This document shows, in pieces, positions 1-9,316 of a stretch of DNA of 32,000 nucleotides. The notes below the pieces were generated by a model that was not told where the DNA came from, ran no database searches, and saw only the letters and a program-made list of their open reading frames with translations. The DNA is from Prochlorococcus marinus subsp. pastoris str. CCMP1986 (GTDB taxonomy: Bacteria > Cyanobacteriota > Cyanobacteriia > PCC-6307 > Cyanobiaceae): positions 900,001 to 932,000 of the forward strand of contig NC_005072.1 of assembly GCF_000011465.1 (NCBI RefSeq). The letters run 5' to 3'. Position 1 is the stretch's first letter; the number at the start of each line of letters is the position of its first letter. The translations under genes were made by a program, and so were the position numbers.

Positions 1-349
1 GAAATTTTTCTTATTAGCATTTTTCAGTCTTTATCCATTTCTCCAAGTAAAAGCATCAACTCCTAAATCTGTAACATGCACTAGGACTGAATATAGGGAA
101 GAATATATTCCCGGTACAAAATCAAGTCCTGGTTATGTAAGAAATTACGAAATTGATGTTGAAATTCCATGTGGAGGAGAAAAGGCCAAAAATATTGATG
201 ACAATGACTGTAGTGAGGGATCAGTAATAGGCGGACTACTTGGAGCTGGAATAGCTCTCTCTTCATCTAGAGGCAAAGATAGATTTTGGGCTGTCCCAGC
301 AGGAGGCACAGCAGGTGCTCTAATTGGATGTCAGGTGGATGGTGGTTAA
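1..349 (+). CDS. 3' part of a small secreted glycine-rich protein; the 5' end lies outside the window
   Basis: Open frame from base 2 to TAA at 347-349: KFFLLAFFSLYPFLQVKASTPKSVTCTRTEYREEYIPGTKSSPGYVRNYEIDVEIPCGG...SVIGGLLGAGIALSSSRGKDRFWAVPAGGTAGALIGCQVDGG*. It has a hydrophobic signal-peptide-like start and a Gly-rich (glycine-zipper-like) C-terminus. Not in the ORF track because the start codon is off the window. Confidence 0.6.
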   Translation, partial: KFFLLAFFSLYPFLQVKASTPKSVTCTRTEYREEYIPGTKSSPGYVRNYEIDVEIPCGGEKAKNIDDNDCSEGSVIGGLLGAGIALSSSRGKDRFWAVPAGGTAGALIGCQVDGG

Positions 350-1009
350 TTGATTAGTTGGATAAAGGGAGAATTAGTAAGTTCATGGCAAGCTAATAAT
401 AAATTTTATATTTTAGTAAACTGTCAGGGATTAGGTTATGAAATTCAGACCCTAGAATCAGTATTTTTTGATATCAATTCAAATAAGATTTCTGAAAAGG
501 AAATAATCCTCTGGCTAAAACATATAAAAAAAGAAGATTCTGATATGCTCTTTGGTTTTAGCACCAAGGACCAAAGAGATTTCTTTATTCAAATTTTAAA
601 TATTAAAGGTATAGGCTCCCAAATCGGGATGTCTTTATTAAATAAATTTTCCTTAAATCAATTAATTACGGCAATATCTAATAATGACAAAAAATCGATT
701 AGTACTGTTCAAGGTATTGGGCAAAAAATGACTGAACGAATAATCCTTGAGCTGAAAAGTAAGGTAATTAATAAAGAAATTGAAAAAGAGAATTTAAATA
801 TAAATAATTTCCTAGAAAAAAATAAAGACTTAGATTCAATTTTTAAAGATATTGATTTAACACTTCAATCTTTAAACTATTCTAAGAAAGAAATTAAAAA
901 CCTATTTCCAAAACTTATTAATAATATTAAAAATTCATCCTTAGAAAAAGAATCTATTTCTTTTGAAAATTTATTAAAAGAAGCCATGAATTATTTAGAC
1001 CATAAATAG
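350..1009 (+). CDS. ruvA: Holliday junction branch migration protein RuvA
   Basis: 219 aa with N-terminal MISWIKGELV, HhH region (IKGIGSQIGMSLLNKF / VQGIGQKMTERIILELK) and a C-terminal RuvA domain. TTG start directly after the upstream stop. Confidence 0.9.
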   Translation: MISWIKGELVSSWQANNKFYILVNCQGLGYEIQTLESVFFDINSNKISEKEIILWLKHIKKEDSDMLFGFSTKDQRDFFIQILNIKGIGSQIGMSLLNKFSLNQLITAISNNDKKSISTVQGIGQKMTERIILELKSKVINKEIEKENLNINNFLEKNKDLDSIFKDIDLTLQSLNYSKKEIKNLFPKLINNIKNSSLEKESISFENLLKEAMNYLDHK

Positions 1010-1060
1010 TAGTAATTTAGACCAGTAACGTAGTAATATGTCTAAAGGTAGATAATTTTC

Positions 1061-1330
1061 ATGACTCTAGATACAGCGGAAAAACAGAAACTAATTGAAT
1101 CGCATCAAGTACATGCAACAGATACAGGATCTGTTGAGGTGCAAGTTGCTATGCTTTCTGAAAGAATTTCAAAATTAAGTGACCATCTACAGGGAAATAT
1201 TCACGATTATGCATCAAGACAGGGCCTATTAAAAATGATAGGAAAAAGAAAAAGGTTACTATCATACATAAAAGGTAAAAATCCCCAAAACTATCAAGAT
1301 CTAATTAAAAAAATTGGAATCAGAGGATGA
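1061..1330 (+). CDS. rpsO: 30S ribosomal protein S15
   Basis: 89 aa; the S15 signature is recognisable ([26 protein letters not shown]...RKRLLSYIK). Confidence 0.97.
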   Translation: MTLDTAEKQKLIESHQVHATDTGSVEVQVAMLSERISKLSDHLQGNIHDYASRQGLLKMIGKRKRLLSYIKGKNPQNYQDLIKKIGIRG

Positions 1331-1336
1331 TTTCCA

Positions 1337-1786
1337 TTGATGAAGAAAAAACAAGCTAAAAAGAAAAATCTTTCAAAAAAGAAAAAAATATCTGAGGTCG
1401 ATGCCTTTAGAAATATTGAAAAGAAAGTTCCATCATTAACCCAAAAAAGCAAACAATCTAGCGGTATACCAAAATATGTAGCTGACAGAATGGCTAGGAG
1501 AATCTTTTTTACGGCTGGAATACCAACAATTATGGGTATGTCAGTGTTTGTTATAAGTTATATAATCGTCACAAGAAATATTGCTGAAATTCCTCCTTCT
1601 TCAACAATAGCAATATCAGCATTATTCTTTTTATTAGGACTAGGGGGGTTAAGTTTTGGAATATTATCTGCTAGTTGGGATAAAGAACCAGGAAGTTTTT
1701 TTGGTATAGAAAATATCCCCTTAAATATTCAAAGAGCAAAGGCTGCATTTAAACCAGCATCTCAAAACTTTGATGAGAAAAAGTAA
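1337..1786 (+). CDS. PAM68-like / DUF3464 membrane protein (photosystem II assembly factor family)
   Basis: 149 aa with a Lys-rich N-terminus, IPKYVADRMARRIFFTAGIPTIMGM, two TM segments, and the cyanobacterial ending SASWDKEPGSFFGIENI. Confidence 0.8.
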   Translation: MMKKKQAKKKNLSKKKKISEVDAFRNIEKKVPSLTQKSKQSSGIPKYVADRMARRIFFTAGIPTIMGMSVFVISYIIVTRNIAEIPPSSTIAISALFFLLGLGGLSFGILSASWDKEPGSFFGIENIPLNIQRAKAAFKPASQNFDEKK

Positions 1787-1787
1787 A

Positions 1788-4700
1788 TTATGCAATCATA
1801 GATTTCAAATTTACTTGAAAAGACTTATCAGAGAGTAATTTCGAAACACCAAGAATATCTCCAACACAAAATTGATCTCCAAACTTAACATAAGTTATAG
1901 AGTCATTATTTCTAACAGCAGCTAATACTGGAATTTTAATTCCACATTTATCTCTATCTGGTTTAAATTTAACTAAACAATCTCTTATTGTGTTTTGAAT
2001 TCTTATATCTGAGGCTTGGGAACTATCAAGATTAATGACAAGTAACTTTAAGTTATCAATTTCTCTGCAGTCATCAATAATTAATTGAGTCTTATCACTT
2101 TTTTTATCAATAGTGCCCCAGACTAATAGTCTTGTATCAGTAAGTAAAAATTCAGATAATCGACAATACGTTTTAGGGAATACTATTGCCTCGCAACTTC
2201 CAGAAAGATCTTCAAGTTGCACAATAGCCATTCTGTCGCCTTTTCTTGTAGTAATTTGCTTTAATTCTGGAATCATTCCAACTAAAGAGACTTTTGTTCT
2301 GTCGTGTGAGTTTTCTAATTGAGAGATACTTATAGGAGAAACAAGTTTAGCTGGCTTTGCAAGATGTTTTAAAGGATGATCTGATAAATAAAAACCTAAA
2401 AGTTGCTTTTCTAATTTAAGCTTTTCAATTAAGGAGTAATCTTCAACTTTAGATCCTTGAGATAAAGAAAATTCTTTGGTATCGTTTTTACTAATTGAAT
2501 CAAATAAATTTCCTTGTCCAGAAATCCGATCACGATTACGTGAGGATGCCCATTCCATAACATATTCAAGATCTGAAAAAAGTTGAGCTCTATTATTATT
2601 TTCAGAGAATTCATCAAGGGCTCCACAATGAATTAATGATTCTAGATTCCTTTTATTTAAAATATTAGAGGGTAAACGATCGCATAAATCAGAAAATGAT
2701 TTGAAAACTCCTAGTTTATTACGATTATCAATTATATTTCTTATAGCTGAATCTCCGAGATTTTTAATAGCTGATAATCCAAATAAAATTTGATCCTTTT
2801 TAATAGTAAAATCAATTCCCGATAGATTAATACTTGGTGAAATGACTTCTATTCCCATGGAATAACAATTAGAAATATATCTCTGCATTTTGTCACTTGA
2901 ACCAGCATTAACACTTAGAAGAGAAGCCATATAAGCTACTGGATAATGTGCTTTTAAAAAAGCAGTTTGGTAAGTGACAGCTCCATATGCAGTGGAATGA
3001 CTTTTATTAAAACAATACTCAGCGAATAAAACCATTTGATCAAAAAGATCATTAGCAATTTTTTTATCTACACCTTTTTTACAGGATCCTTCAATGAAAA
3101 TATTACGATGTTTAACCATCTCAGATACTTTCTTCTTTCCCATTGCTCTTCTTAACAAGTCCGCATCCCCAAGCGAATATCCTGCCAAATCTTGAGCAAT
3201 TTTCATAATTTGCTCTTGATAAACCATTATTCCATAGGTTTCAGTGAGAATAGATTCAATAAAAGGATGAGGAAAATCTATTTTTTCACTCCCATTTTTT
3301 CTATTGATAAACTTTGGTATGAGACCAGCATCAAGAGGTCCAGGCCTATATAAAGCCAAAATAGAGGAGATATCTTCAAGAGAATTTGGCTTAAAGTCTT
3401 TAACAACTTGTTTCATCCCAGATGATTCCAATTGAAATACCCCTTCTAAATCTCCTCTTCCAATAAGATCAAAAGTTTTATTATCTTTTGGAGGTAATTT
3501 GTCGATATTTATTTTTTGTCCTGTGGAACTTTCAATTAAAGATATAGTCTTATCTATCATTGTAAGATTTTTAAGGCCTAAGAAGTCCATTTTTAATAAG
3601 CCTAACGATTCAATATCATCCATTGAATATTGTGTAATTATTTGTCCTTCATTATTTCTTTGTAGTGGTACGAGCATATCTAAAGGATCAGATGCTATTA
3701 CAACTCCTGCGGCGTGAACACCATATGTTTTATTAGTACCCTCAATTCTCAATGCCAAATCAATCCATTTTTTTACCTTGATATCTTTTAAATATTTATC
3801 CCTAAATTCAGGACTAGGAGATTTTTTATCAATCATTTCATTCAGCTTATAAGGTTTCCCCCTTACAACTGGTATTAACTTTGCTAACTTATCTGATTCT
3901 CCATAAGGGATATCTAGTACTCTTGCAACGTCCTTTAATACTGCTTTTGATGTCATTTTATTAAAGGTAATTATTTGCGCAACTTTATCTTCGCCATATC
4001 TATTGGTTACATAATCAATAACTTCATTTCTCCTGTCAATACAAAAATCTGTATCAATATCAGGCATAGATTTTCTTGCTGGATTTAAGAATCTCTCAAA
4101 TAATAATCCATGTTTAACTGGATCAATGTTTGTAATTTGAAGAGCATATGCTACGAGTGAACCTGCAGCAGAACCTCTGCCTGGGCCAACAGGTATAGAG
4201 CTATCTCTAGCAAATTTTATATAATCCCACACAACTAAGAAATAGTCTGGGAAACCCATATCATCTATTATTTTTAATTCTGAAGTTAACCTTTTCTTGT
4301 AGATTTCATCGATTTCATCAAGATTATTTTTATTAAGCCTACTTAAAAGACCCTGCTTAGTTATTTTGGTCAAAAATGATAAGGAGTCAGTCTCCTCTTT
4401 TAAAGGGAACTTTGGCATTCTATAGGTACCGAACAACTCAAATTCCTCAATCTTTTGTGAAACCTCAACCGTATTATTTATTGCTTCTTTAATAGATTCT
4501 TTATCAATATGATCGTTAAAAAGTCTTAGCATTTCATCTTCACTTTTAATATATTCTGTTCCCGTATATCTCAATCTTTTTTCGTCACTTATTAATTTTC
4601 CCGTAAGAACACAAAGTAAGGCGTCATGAGCTTCAACATCCATGTTTGAGATATAATGAGCATCATTTGTAGCAATAACTTTAATTTGGTGCTCTTTACC

Positions 4701-5285
4701 GATTCTTATTAATTCAACATTTACAATTCTGTCTTCGATAGAACCATGGTCTTGTATTTCTAAATAAAAATCATCTCCAAATATTCTCTTATACCAAACA
4801 GCAGTATTCTCAGCGACATCAATCCTTCCTTTTAAGATTGCTTGAGGAATCTCTCCACCTAAACATGCTGTTGAAATAATAAGACCATCATTATATTTTT
4901 CTAAAAGAGATTTATCAATACAAGGTCTAGAAAAGATACCTCTGCCCCTCATACCATTAAGATGGCTAATCGTTGTTAACTTTACAAGATTCTTATAGCC
5001 TGTATGATTTTTGGCTAATACTACCAAATGATATCTTTTTTCCTTTTTTGGTTGAGGATCATCGATGGAACCATTGATAATGTACATTTCATTACCAATG
5101 ATTGGTTTTATACCCTTACTTTTGCATTTTTTTACTAAATCAAGAACGCCATACATTACTCCATGATCGGTCAAAGCAATTGAATCCATGCCAAGTTCAC
5201 AAGCTCTATCAACAATTTTCGAAACTTGACTTGCTCCATCTAGAAGGCTGTAATCGCTATGATTATGTAGTGGAACAAAACCCAT
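1788..5285 (-). CDS. dnaE: DNA polymerase III subunit alpha
   Basis: 1165 aa; PHP domain (MGFVPLHNHSDYSLLDGAS), polymerase core (PDIDTDFCIDRRNEVIDYV; YGIMVYQEQIMKIAQDLAGYSLGDADLLRRAMGKK), C-terminal OB fold. One uninterrupted ORF. Confidence 0.98.
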   Translation of the reverse strand: MGFVPLHNHSDYSLLDGASQVSKIVDRACELGMDSIALTDHGVMYGVLDLVKKCKSKGIKPIIGNEMYIINGSIDDPQPKKEKRYHLVVLAKNHTGYKNLVKLTTISHLNGMRGRGIFSRPCIDKSLLEKYNDGLIISTACLGGEIPQAILKGRIDVAENTAVWYKRIFGDDFYLEIQDHGSIEDRIVNVELIRIGKEHQIKVIATNDAHYISNMDVEAHDALLCVLTGKLISDEKRLRYTGTEYIKSEDEMLRLFNDHIDKESIKEAINNTVEVSQKIEEFELFGTYRMPKFPLKEETDSLSFLTKITKQGLLSRLNKNNLDEIDEIYKKRLTSELKIIDDMGFPDYFLVVWDYIKFARDSSIPVGPGRGSAAGSLVAYALQITNIDPVKHGLLFERFLNPARKSMPDIDTDFCIDRRNEVIDYVTNRYGEDKVAQIITFNKMTSKAVLKDVARVLDIPYGESDKLAKLIPVVRGKPYKLNEMIDKKSPSPEFRDKYLKDIKVKKWIDLALRIEGTNKTYGVHAAGVVIASDPLDMLVPLQRNNEGQIITQYSMDDIESLGLLKMDFLGLKNLTMIDKTISLIESSTGQKINIDKLPPKDNKTFDLIGRGDLEGVFQLESSGMKQVVKDFKPNSLEDISSILALYRPGPLDAGLIPKFINRKNGSEKIDFPHPFIESILTETYGIMVYQEQIMKIAQDLAGYSLGDADLLRRAMGKKKVSEMVKHRNIFIEGSCKKGVDKKIANDLFDQMVLFAEYCFNKSHSTAYGAVTYQTAFLKAHYPVAYMASLLSVNAGSSDKMQRYISNCYSMGIEVISPSINLSGIDFTIKKDQILFGLSAIKNLGDSAIRNIIDNRNKLGVFKSFSDLCDRLPSNILNKRNLESLIHCGALDEFSENNNRAQLFSDLEYVMEWASSRNRDRISGQGNLFDSISKNDTKEFSLSQGSKVEDYSLIEKLKLEKQLLGFYLSDHPLKHLAKPAKLVSPISISQLENSHDRTKVSLVGMIPELKQITTRKGDRMAIVQLEDLSGSCEAIVFPKTYCRLSEFLLTDTRLLVWGTIDKKSDKTQLIIDDCREIDNLKLLVINLDSSQASDIRIQNTIRDCLVKFKPDRDKCGIKIPVLAAVRNNDSITYVKFGDQFCVGDILGVSKLLSDKSFQVNLKSMIA

Positions 5286-5363
5286 ATTTAATTAATTTAT
5301 ATTTACAAGATAGAGAATATTTTAAAAAATTCTATATTTTACTAATACAAATTAATTATTAAT

Positions 5364-6818
5364 TCAAATTTCAATATTAGGTTTAGTATTCATTACTTCA
5401 GCATCTTTTTCAAATATATTAGCAACATTCAATATTCGATGCTCCTCCAAAACATTTCCGATTAATTGAAGACCGATAGGTAAGCCCTTTTTATCAAATC
5501 CACATGGGATGCTGATAGCTGGGAGTCCAGCAAGATTTACTGGAACAGTTAAAAGATCAGACAAATACATTGATAAAGGGTCATTTACAAAATCACCTTT
5601 TAAGAATGCAGTTGTAGGACATGTGGGGGTCAATAAAACATCAACTTCATTAAAAGCATTATCAAAGTCACTTCTAATTAAAGTCCTTACTCTTTGAGCT
5701 TTCTTGTAATAAGCATCACTATACCCTGCAGACAAAGCATAGGTACCAATCAAAATTCGTCTTTGTACTTCATCCCCAAATCCTTCAGCTCTACTCTTAC
5801 ATATCATTTCTAATAAATTAGACTCACCTTCTGATCTGTATCCGTATTTAACCCCATCATATCTTGCTAAATTAGCTGAAGCCTCACATGGAGCAATAAC
5901 ATAATAAGTTGCTATACCATCATTAAATCTTGGACACTTTATGTCGTGAATTTCAGCACCCAAAGATCTGAATCTCTCAACACTAGATAAAACTGATTCC
6001 TTAACTTCAGGATCAAGTCCTGGATGGTCAAAACATTCTTCGATAATGCCTATTTTAATACCTTTAATAGATTTATCTAGATCTGACAAGTAATTAGGGA
6101 CTGGTTTGTCAAGACATGTTGAATCAAGATTATCCTTCCCAGAAATTGAATAAAGGATCTCAGCAGCATCAGACACAGTATTTGTAATTGGACCTATTTG
6201 ATCAAGAGAACTTGCAAATGCAATTAGCCCCCATCTGCTTACTCTTCCGTATGTGGGTTTTAGGCCTACAACTCCACAAAAAGATGCTGGCTGCCTTATG
6301 GAGCCTCCAGTATCTGAACCAATAGCGGCTAAGCATAAACCAGCTGCTACTGAAGCGGCACTACCACCAGAACTTCCCCCAGGTACTCTATTTACATCCC
6401 ATGGATTTGATGTCGTACCAAATACGGAAGTCTCAGTCGAACTACCCATTGCAAATTCATCTAAATTAGTTTTTCCTAAACAAATACCGCCTAATGACCA
6501 TAATTTACCTGAGGCAGAAGACTCGTATGGAGAAACAAAGTCTTTAAGCATTTTACTTGAACAAGAGGTAACAACTCCCTTCGTACAAATATTATCTTTG
6601 ATCGCAATCGGTATACCCGCAAGCGAAGGAAGTTTTTGATTATTAGTAATTAATTTATCAATATTTTCAGATTGAGAATTAGCAATTTTTTTTGTTAAAC
6701 AAGTATATGCATTTATTTTTGGATTTAATGAATCAATTTTTAAAAAGAATTCGTTTACTAATTCTTTAACTGAAGCATTCCCACTATATATTTCCTTTCT
6801 AAAAGAATTAAAGTTCAT
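5364..6818 (-). CDS. gatA: Aspartyl/glutamyl-tRNA(Asn/Gln) amidotransferase subunit A
   Basis: 484 aa amidase-signature protein ([50 protein letters not shown]). Confidence 0.97.
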   Translation of the reverse strand: MNFNSFRKEIYSGNASVKELVNEFFLKIDSLNPKINAYTCLTKKIANSQSENIDKLITNNQKLPSLAGIPIAIKDNICTKGVVTSCSSKMLKDFVSPYESSASGKLWSLGGICLGKTNLDEFAMGSSTETSVFGTTSNPWDVNRVPGGSSGGSAASVAAGLCLAAIGSDTGGSIRQPASFCGVVGLKPTYGRVSRWGLIAFASSLDQIGPITNTVSDAAEILYSISGKDNLDSTCLDKPVPNYLSDLDKSIKGIKIGIIEECFDHPGLDPEVKESVLSSVERFRSLGAEIHDIKCPRFNDGIATYYVIAPCEASANLARYDGVKYGYRSEGESNLLEMICKSRAEGFGDEVQRRILIGTYALSAGYSDAYYKKAQRVRTLIRSDFDNAFNEVDVLLTPTCPTTAFLKGDFVNDPLSMYLSDLLTVPVNLAGLPAISIPCGFDKKGLPIGLQLIGNVLEEHRILNVANIFEKDAEVMNTKPNIEI

Positions 6819-6850
6819 ATCAAAATCGAAAAATTAAATAGAATTAGTTA

Positions 6851-7093
6851 TCAAACAGTTAATGGTTCTTCTTTATTACATCTAACAATTTTGTGTTTAA
6901 TATCTTTTGAACCCTCGTCTGAAAGATCAGTAAGAAATTTTTCTAGATTTTCGTTAAGACCTCGTTTTGTAAGAAATGGACCATACCAATAAGTTACTGA
7001 AGGGGTTCCAGTTTCAACTTTTGCCCACCAAGCTAAACCAAGTTTGTTACCTAAATTTCTAATCAATTTTCTTGGCCTTCTTTTAAAGACCAT
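6851..7093 (-). CDS. DUF1816 domain-containing small protein
   Basis: 80 aa with the motif LGLAWWAKVETGTPSVTYWYGPFLTKRGL typical of the cyanobacterial DUF1816 family. Confidence 0.8.
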   Translation of the reverse strand: MVFKRRPRKLIRNLGNKLGLAWWAKVETGTPSVTYWYGPFLTKRGLNENLEKFLTDLSDEGSKDIKHKIVRCNKEEPLTV

Positions 7094-7196
7094 AAATTCT
7101 TGTTAAATTCTATACAATTTCTTACTATTTATTCAAGTAATTTTGATTAATTAAATAAATATATATCGAAATAATGATATTTACTAGATAATTAAA

Positions 7197-8483
7197 TTAA
7201 TTATTTGATAGATAACACAAGGAAATAGCAGCGGCTACGGATGCATTCAAGCTGGAAGTTTTACCTTTAAGAGGAATTTTAAGTAAATAATCACATTTTT
7301 TTTGGACTAGCAAAGAGATTCCTTTATTTTCTGCTCCAACTATTACAACAACAGGAGCTTTTTCCTTAAATTCTGAAATGGGAACTTGACCATCTCCAGA
7401 CAAACCAATAATGATAAACCCCTTTTTCTTTAATTCATCAATAGCTCTATTTAGATTTACTACTCTGCTTACAGGTATATGCTCTAGTGCTCCAGCCGCA
7501 ACTTTTGCAACAGTTCCAGTTAAACCTGCAGATCTTCTTTGTGGAACAATAATACCTTTGCAATCAAAAGCTTCTGCTGATCTAATAATTGCACCAAAGT
7601 TGTGAGGATCTGTCACGCCATCCAATGCAACAATAATAGGATTAGAGGATTTACTTTTCGATATATCAATTAATTTTTCTAAAGATATTGACTCGGTAGA
7701 AGCATGTTGTAAAGCAACACCTTGATGAACGGCTCCGGATGTTAGTTGTGAGAGTCTAGACCAAGGCACCTCTTCTATTAAAACACCTTTTGACTTAAGG
7801 TCTTTTAATAATAGGTAAAATTTTTCTGAAGAAAAAATTTCAGAAGTACACCAAATTCTATTGATTGGTCTTTCACTATTTAAAGCAGCAAAAACAGAAT
7901 GCTTACCCCAAATCCAGTCTTCATAATTTCTTTCATTTGGACTCAATTGAAATTTTTTTGAACTGTTTTCAGAATAATTTTCAGTTTGTTGAGCGTTAGA
8001 GGAAAATCTCGTTTGTGATTGATTAAAACTATTTCTAGGTTTTTCTTTTGATTTCAAGTAGCTGTATTCGTTACTTTTAATAGCGCCTTTTCTTTCGTAA
8101 TCGTCTCTTCTTTTAAAATCGTCTCTTCTATTAGAATCATCTCTTCTTTTAAAATTATCTCTTCTATTAAAATCGTATCTCCTATTTAAATCGTCTCGGC
8201 TTTTAAAATTATCTCTTCTTTTAGAATCATCTCGCCTTTTAAAATTATCTCTTCTATTAAAATCGTCTCTCCTATTTAAATCGTCTCTTCTATTAGAATT
8301 GTCTCTTTTATTAGAATTGTCTCTTCTATTAGAATTGTCTCTTCTATTAGAATTGTCTCTTCTATTAGAATCGTCTCTTGTATTTAAATCATTTCCTTTT
8401 TTAAAATTATTTTTTGATTGTGATCTTCTATTTTCTGTATCATTCCTTTTTGTTGAATAATTATTTTTAGTAAAGTTTTTCAT
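7197..8483 (-). CDS. rlmB: TrmH/RlmB-type SPOUT 23S rRNA 2'-O-ribose methyltransferase with a long repetitive Arg/Asp/Asn-rich N-terminal extension
   Basis: 428 aa. The C-terminal half carries SPOUT motifs (VALDGVTDPHNFGAIIRSAEAF, VVIVGAENKGISLLVQKKCD, IPLKGKTSSLNASVAAAISL). The N-terminal part is low complexity (NRRDNS-type hexads). Confidence 0.9.
   Translation of the reverse strand: MKNFTKNNYSTKRNDTENRRSQSKNNFKKGNDLNTRDDSNRRDNSNRRDNSNRRDNSNKRDNSNRRDDLNRRDDFNRRDNFKRRDDSKRRDNFKSRDDLNRRYDFNRRDNFKRRDDSNRRDDFKRRDDYERKGAIKSNEYSYLKSKEKPRNSFNQSQTRFSSNAQQTENYSENSSKKFQLSPNERNYEDWIWGKHSVFAALNSERPINRIWCTSEIFSSEKFYLLLKDLKSKGVLIEEVPWSRLSQLTSGAVHQGVALQHASTESISLEKLIDISKSKSSNPIIVALDGVTDPHNFGAIIRSAEAFDCKGIIVPQRRSAGLTGTVAKVAAGALEHIPVSRVVNLNRAIDELKKKGFIIIGLSGDGQVPISEFKEKAPVVVIVGAENKGISLLVQKKCDYLLKIPLKGKTSSLNASVAAAISLCYLSNN
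8095..8394. repeat. Degenerate 18-bp tandem repeat array (about 16 units) with a 90-bp higher-order period, inside the rlmB-like CDS
   Basis: Units such as aattgtctcttctattag recur head-to-tail at about 8288-8370 with few changes. Blocks 8131-8200 and 8221-8290 are almost identical at a 90-bp (5x18) offset. On the minus strand it encodes hexads of the type (N/K)RRD(N/D)(S/F/L). Confidence 0.85.
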
Positions 8484-8495
8484 AAATCTTATAGC

Positions 8496-8888
8496 TTATT
8501 TACACTCTAGGTATTCAAAAAATTTAGACAATCTTTTAGGGTCTTTTAGAAATAACCAACCAACTAAAGCTTCAAAACCTGTTGCTCTTGAATAGATAGC
8601 AGGATCTGAAGATTTTGGAAATCGCTTTGTTTTATTTCTAGCTCGTCTTATTAAATTAATTTCAAATGAATTTAATAAATGTTCAATTTCATCTAATGCT
8701 TTTGATTGAGCTTGAGCTTTTACTTCATTAACAACTGAAAGATGAAGATCTCTTGATTTTAATGGAATATGAATATGGCGTAATCTTTGATGTAACTCCC
8801 AGACAGAATCCCCTAGCCAAGCAAGTTGAATAACACCTATCTCATCAGGAGAACCATCAGGAGCAAGATTTTGTATCCAATAATTCAA
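8496..8888 (-). CDS. mrnC: Mini-ribonuclease III (RNase III domain, no dsRBD)
   Basis: 130 aa; IGVIQLAWLGDSVWELHQRLRHI ... SRATGFEALVGWLFL match the mini-III fold. TTG start overlapping the upstream gene's TGA. Confidence 0.85.
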   Translation of the reverse strand: MNYWIQNLAPDGSPDEIGVIQLAWLGDSVWELHQRLRHIHIPLKSRDLHLSVVNEVKAQAQSKALDEIEHLLNSFEINLIRRARNKTKRFPKSSDPAIYSRATGFEALVGWLFLKDPKRLSKFFEYLECK

Positions 8889-9250
8889 TGCTTCAAATAG
8901 ACCAAGGCTTCTTGAAGAGTAGCTTTCAAATTAAGAAAGTCTGCTAATCTTACTAGTTTTATAGTTTGAGCAACTCTAGAATTTCCAACTACAGAAAACC
9001 TTAGTTTAAGTTTTTTGCATTCCTTGGAAGTTTGAACAAGGGCACCTAAACCGGATGAATCAAGGAAATCTATTTTACTTAAATCAATTACAAATGAAAG
9101 AACTTCTTTTTTAAGGGTATTGGTAATAAAAGTTTTAAATTGTTTTTCAGAAAATGCGTCTAATTGCCCTTTTAAAGTAAAAACAATTATATTTGCCTTT
9201 ATTTCAATGTTGCCTCTTAAAGAAACAGTTAACTTTTGGAAATCTTCTAT
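8885..9250 (-). CDS. STAS-domain protein (anti-sigma factor antagonist family), apparently starting with ATA
   Basis: Manual translation, absent from the supplied ORF track: (I/M)EDFQKLTVSLRGNIEIKANIIVFTLKGQLDAFSEKQFKTFITNTLKKEVLSFVIDLSKIDFLDSSGLGALVQTSKECKKLKLRFSVVGNSRVAQTIKLVRLADFLNLKATLQEALVYLKH*. FLDSSGLG is the STAS phosphorylation-site motif. The frame is open from the TAA upstream of the SD; no ATG/GTG/TTG at the N-terminus. Confidence 0.85.
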   Translation of the reverse strand: MEDFQKLTVSLRGNIEIKANIIVFTLKGQLDAFSEKQFKTFITNTLKKEVLSFVIDLSKIDFLDSSGLGALVQTSKECKKLKLRFSVVGNSRVAQTIKLVRLADFLNLKATLQEALVYLKH

Positions 9251-9316
9251 GGTTAAATCCCTCCCAAAAAAATTAATTTACTAAATGTAATTATCAAATC
9301 AAAAAGAATCAATATG

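Noticed and set aside
2113-3717. Plus-strand ORFs 2113-2322 and 3499-3717 and minus-strand ORF 2429-2626 within the dnaE region
   Set aside because: The two plus-strand ORFs are antisense to the strongly supported dnaE, and the 2429-2626 ORF is an alternative frame of it. Their composition looks like shadow translation with no recognisable domains.
1788-5285. Possible split or in-frame intein in dnaE, as known in several other cyanobacteria
   Set aside because: The ORF is continuous through the polymerase core (YGAVTYQTAFLKAHYP follows FAEYCFNKSHSTA directly); no extra intein-like block is seen.
5102-5362. ORF 5102-5362 running out of the dnaE 5' end
   Set aside because: It mostly overlaps dnaE in another orientation and has no domain. 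The dnaE-gatA gap is AT-rich non-coding sequence.
5509-6639. Antisense ORFs over gatA (5509-5697, 6253-6639)
   Set aside because: The Pro-rich sequence ([10 protein letters not shown]...) mirrors the GGSSGG amidase motif on the opposite strand; a typical shadow ORF.
8095-8394. Repeat array considered as a possible CRISPR
   Set aside because: Units are contiguous 18-mers without unique spacers, lie wholly inside an intact CDS in phase with codons, and no cas genes are present.
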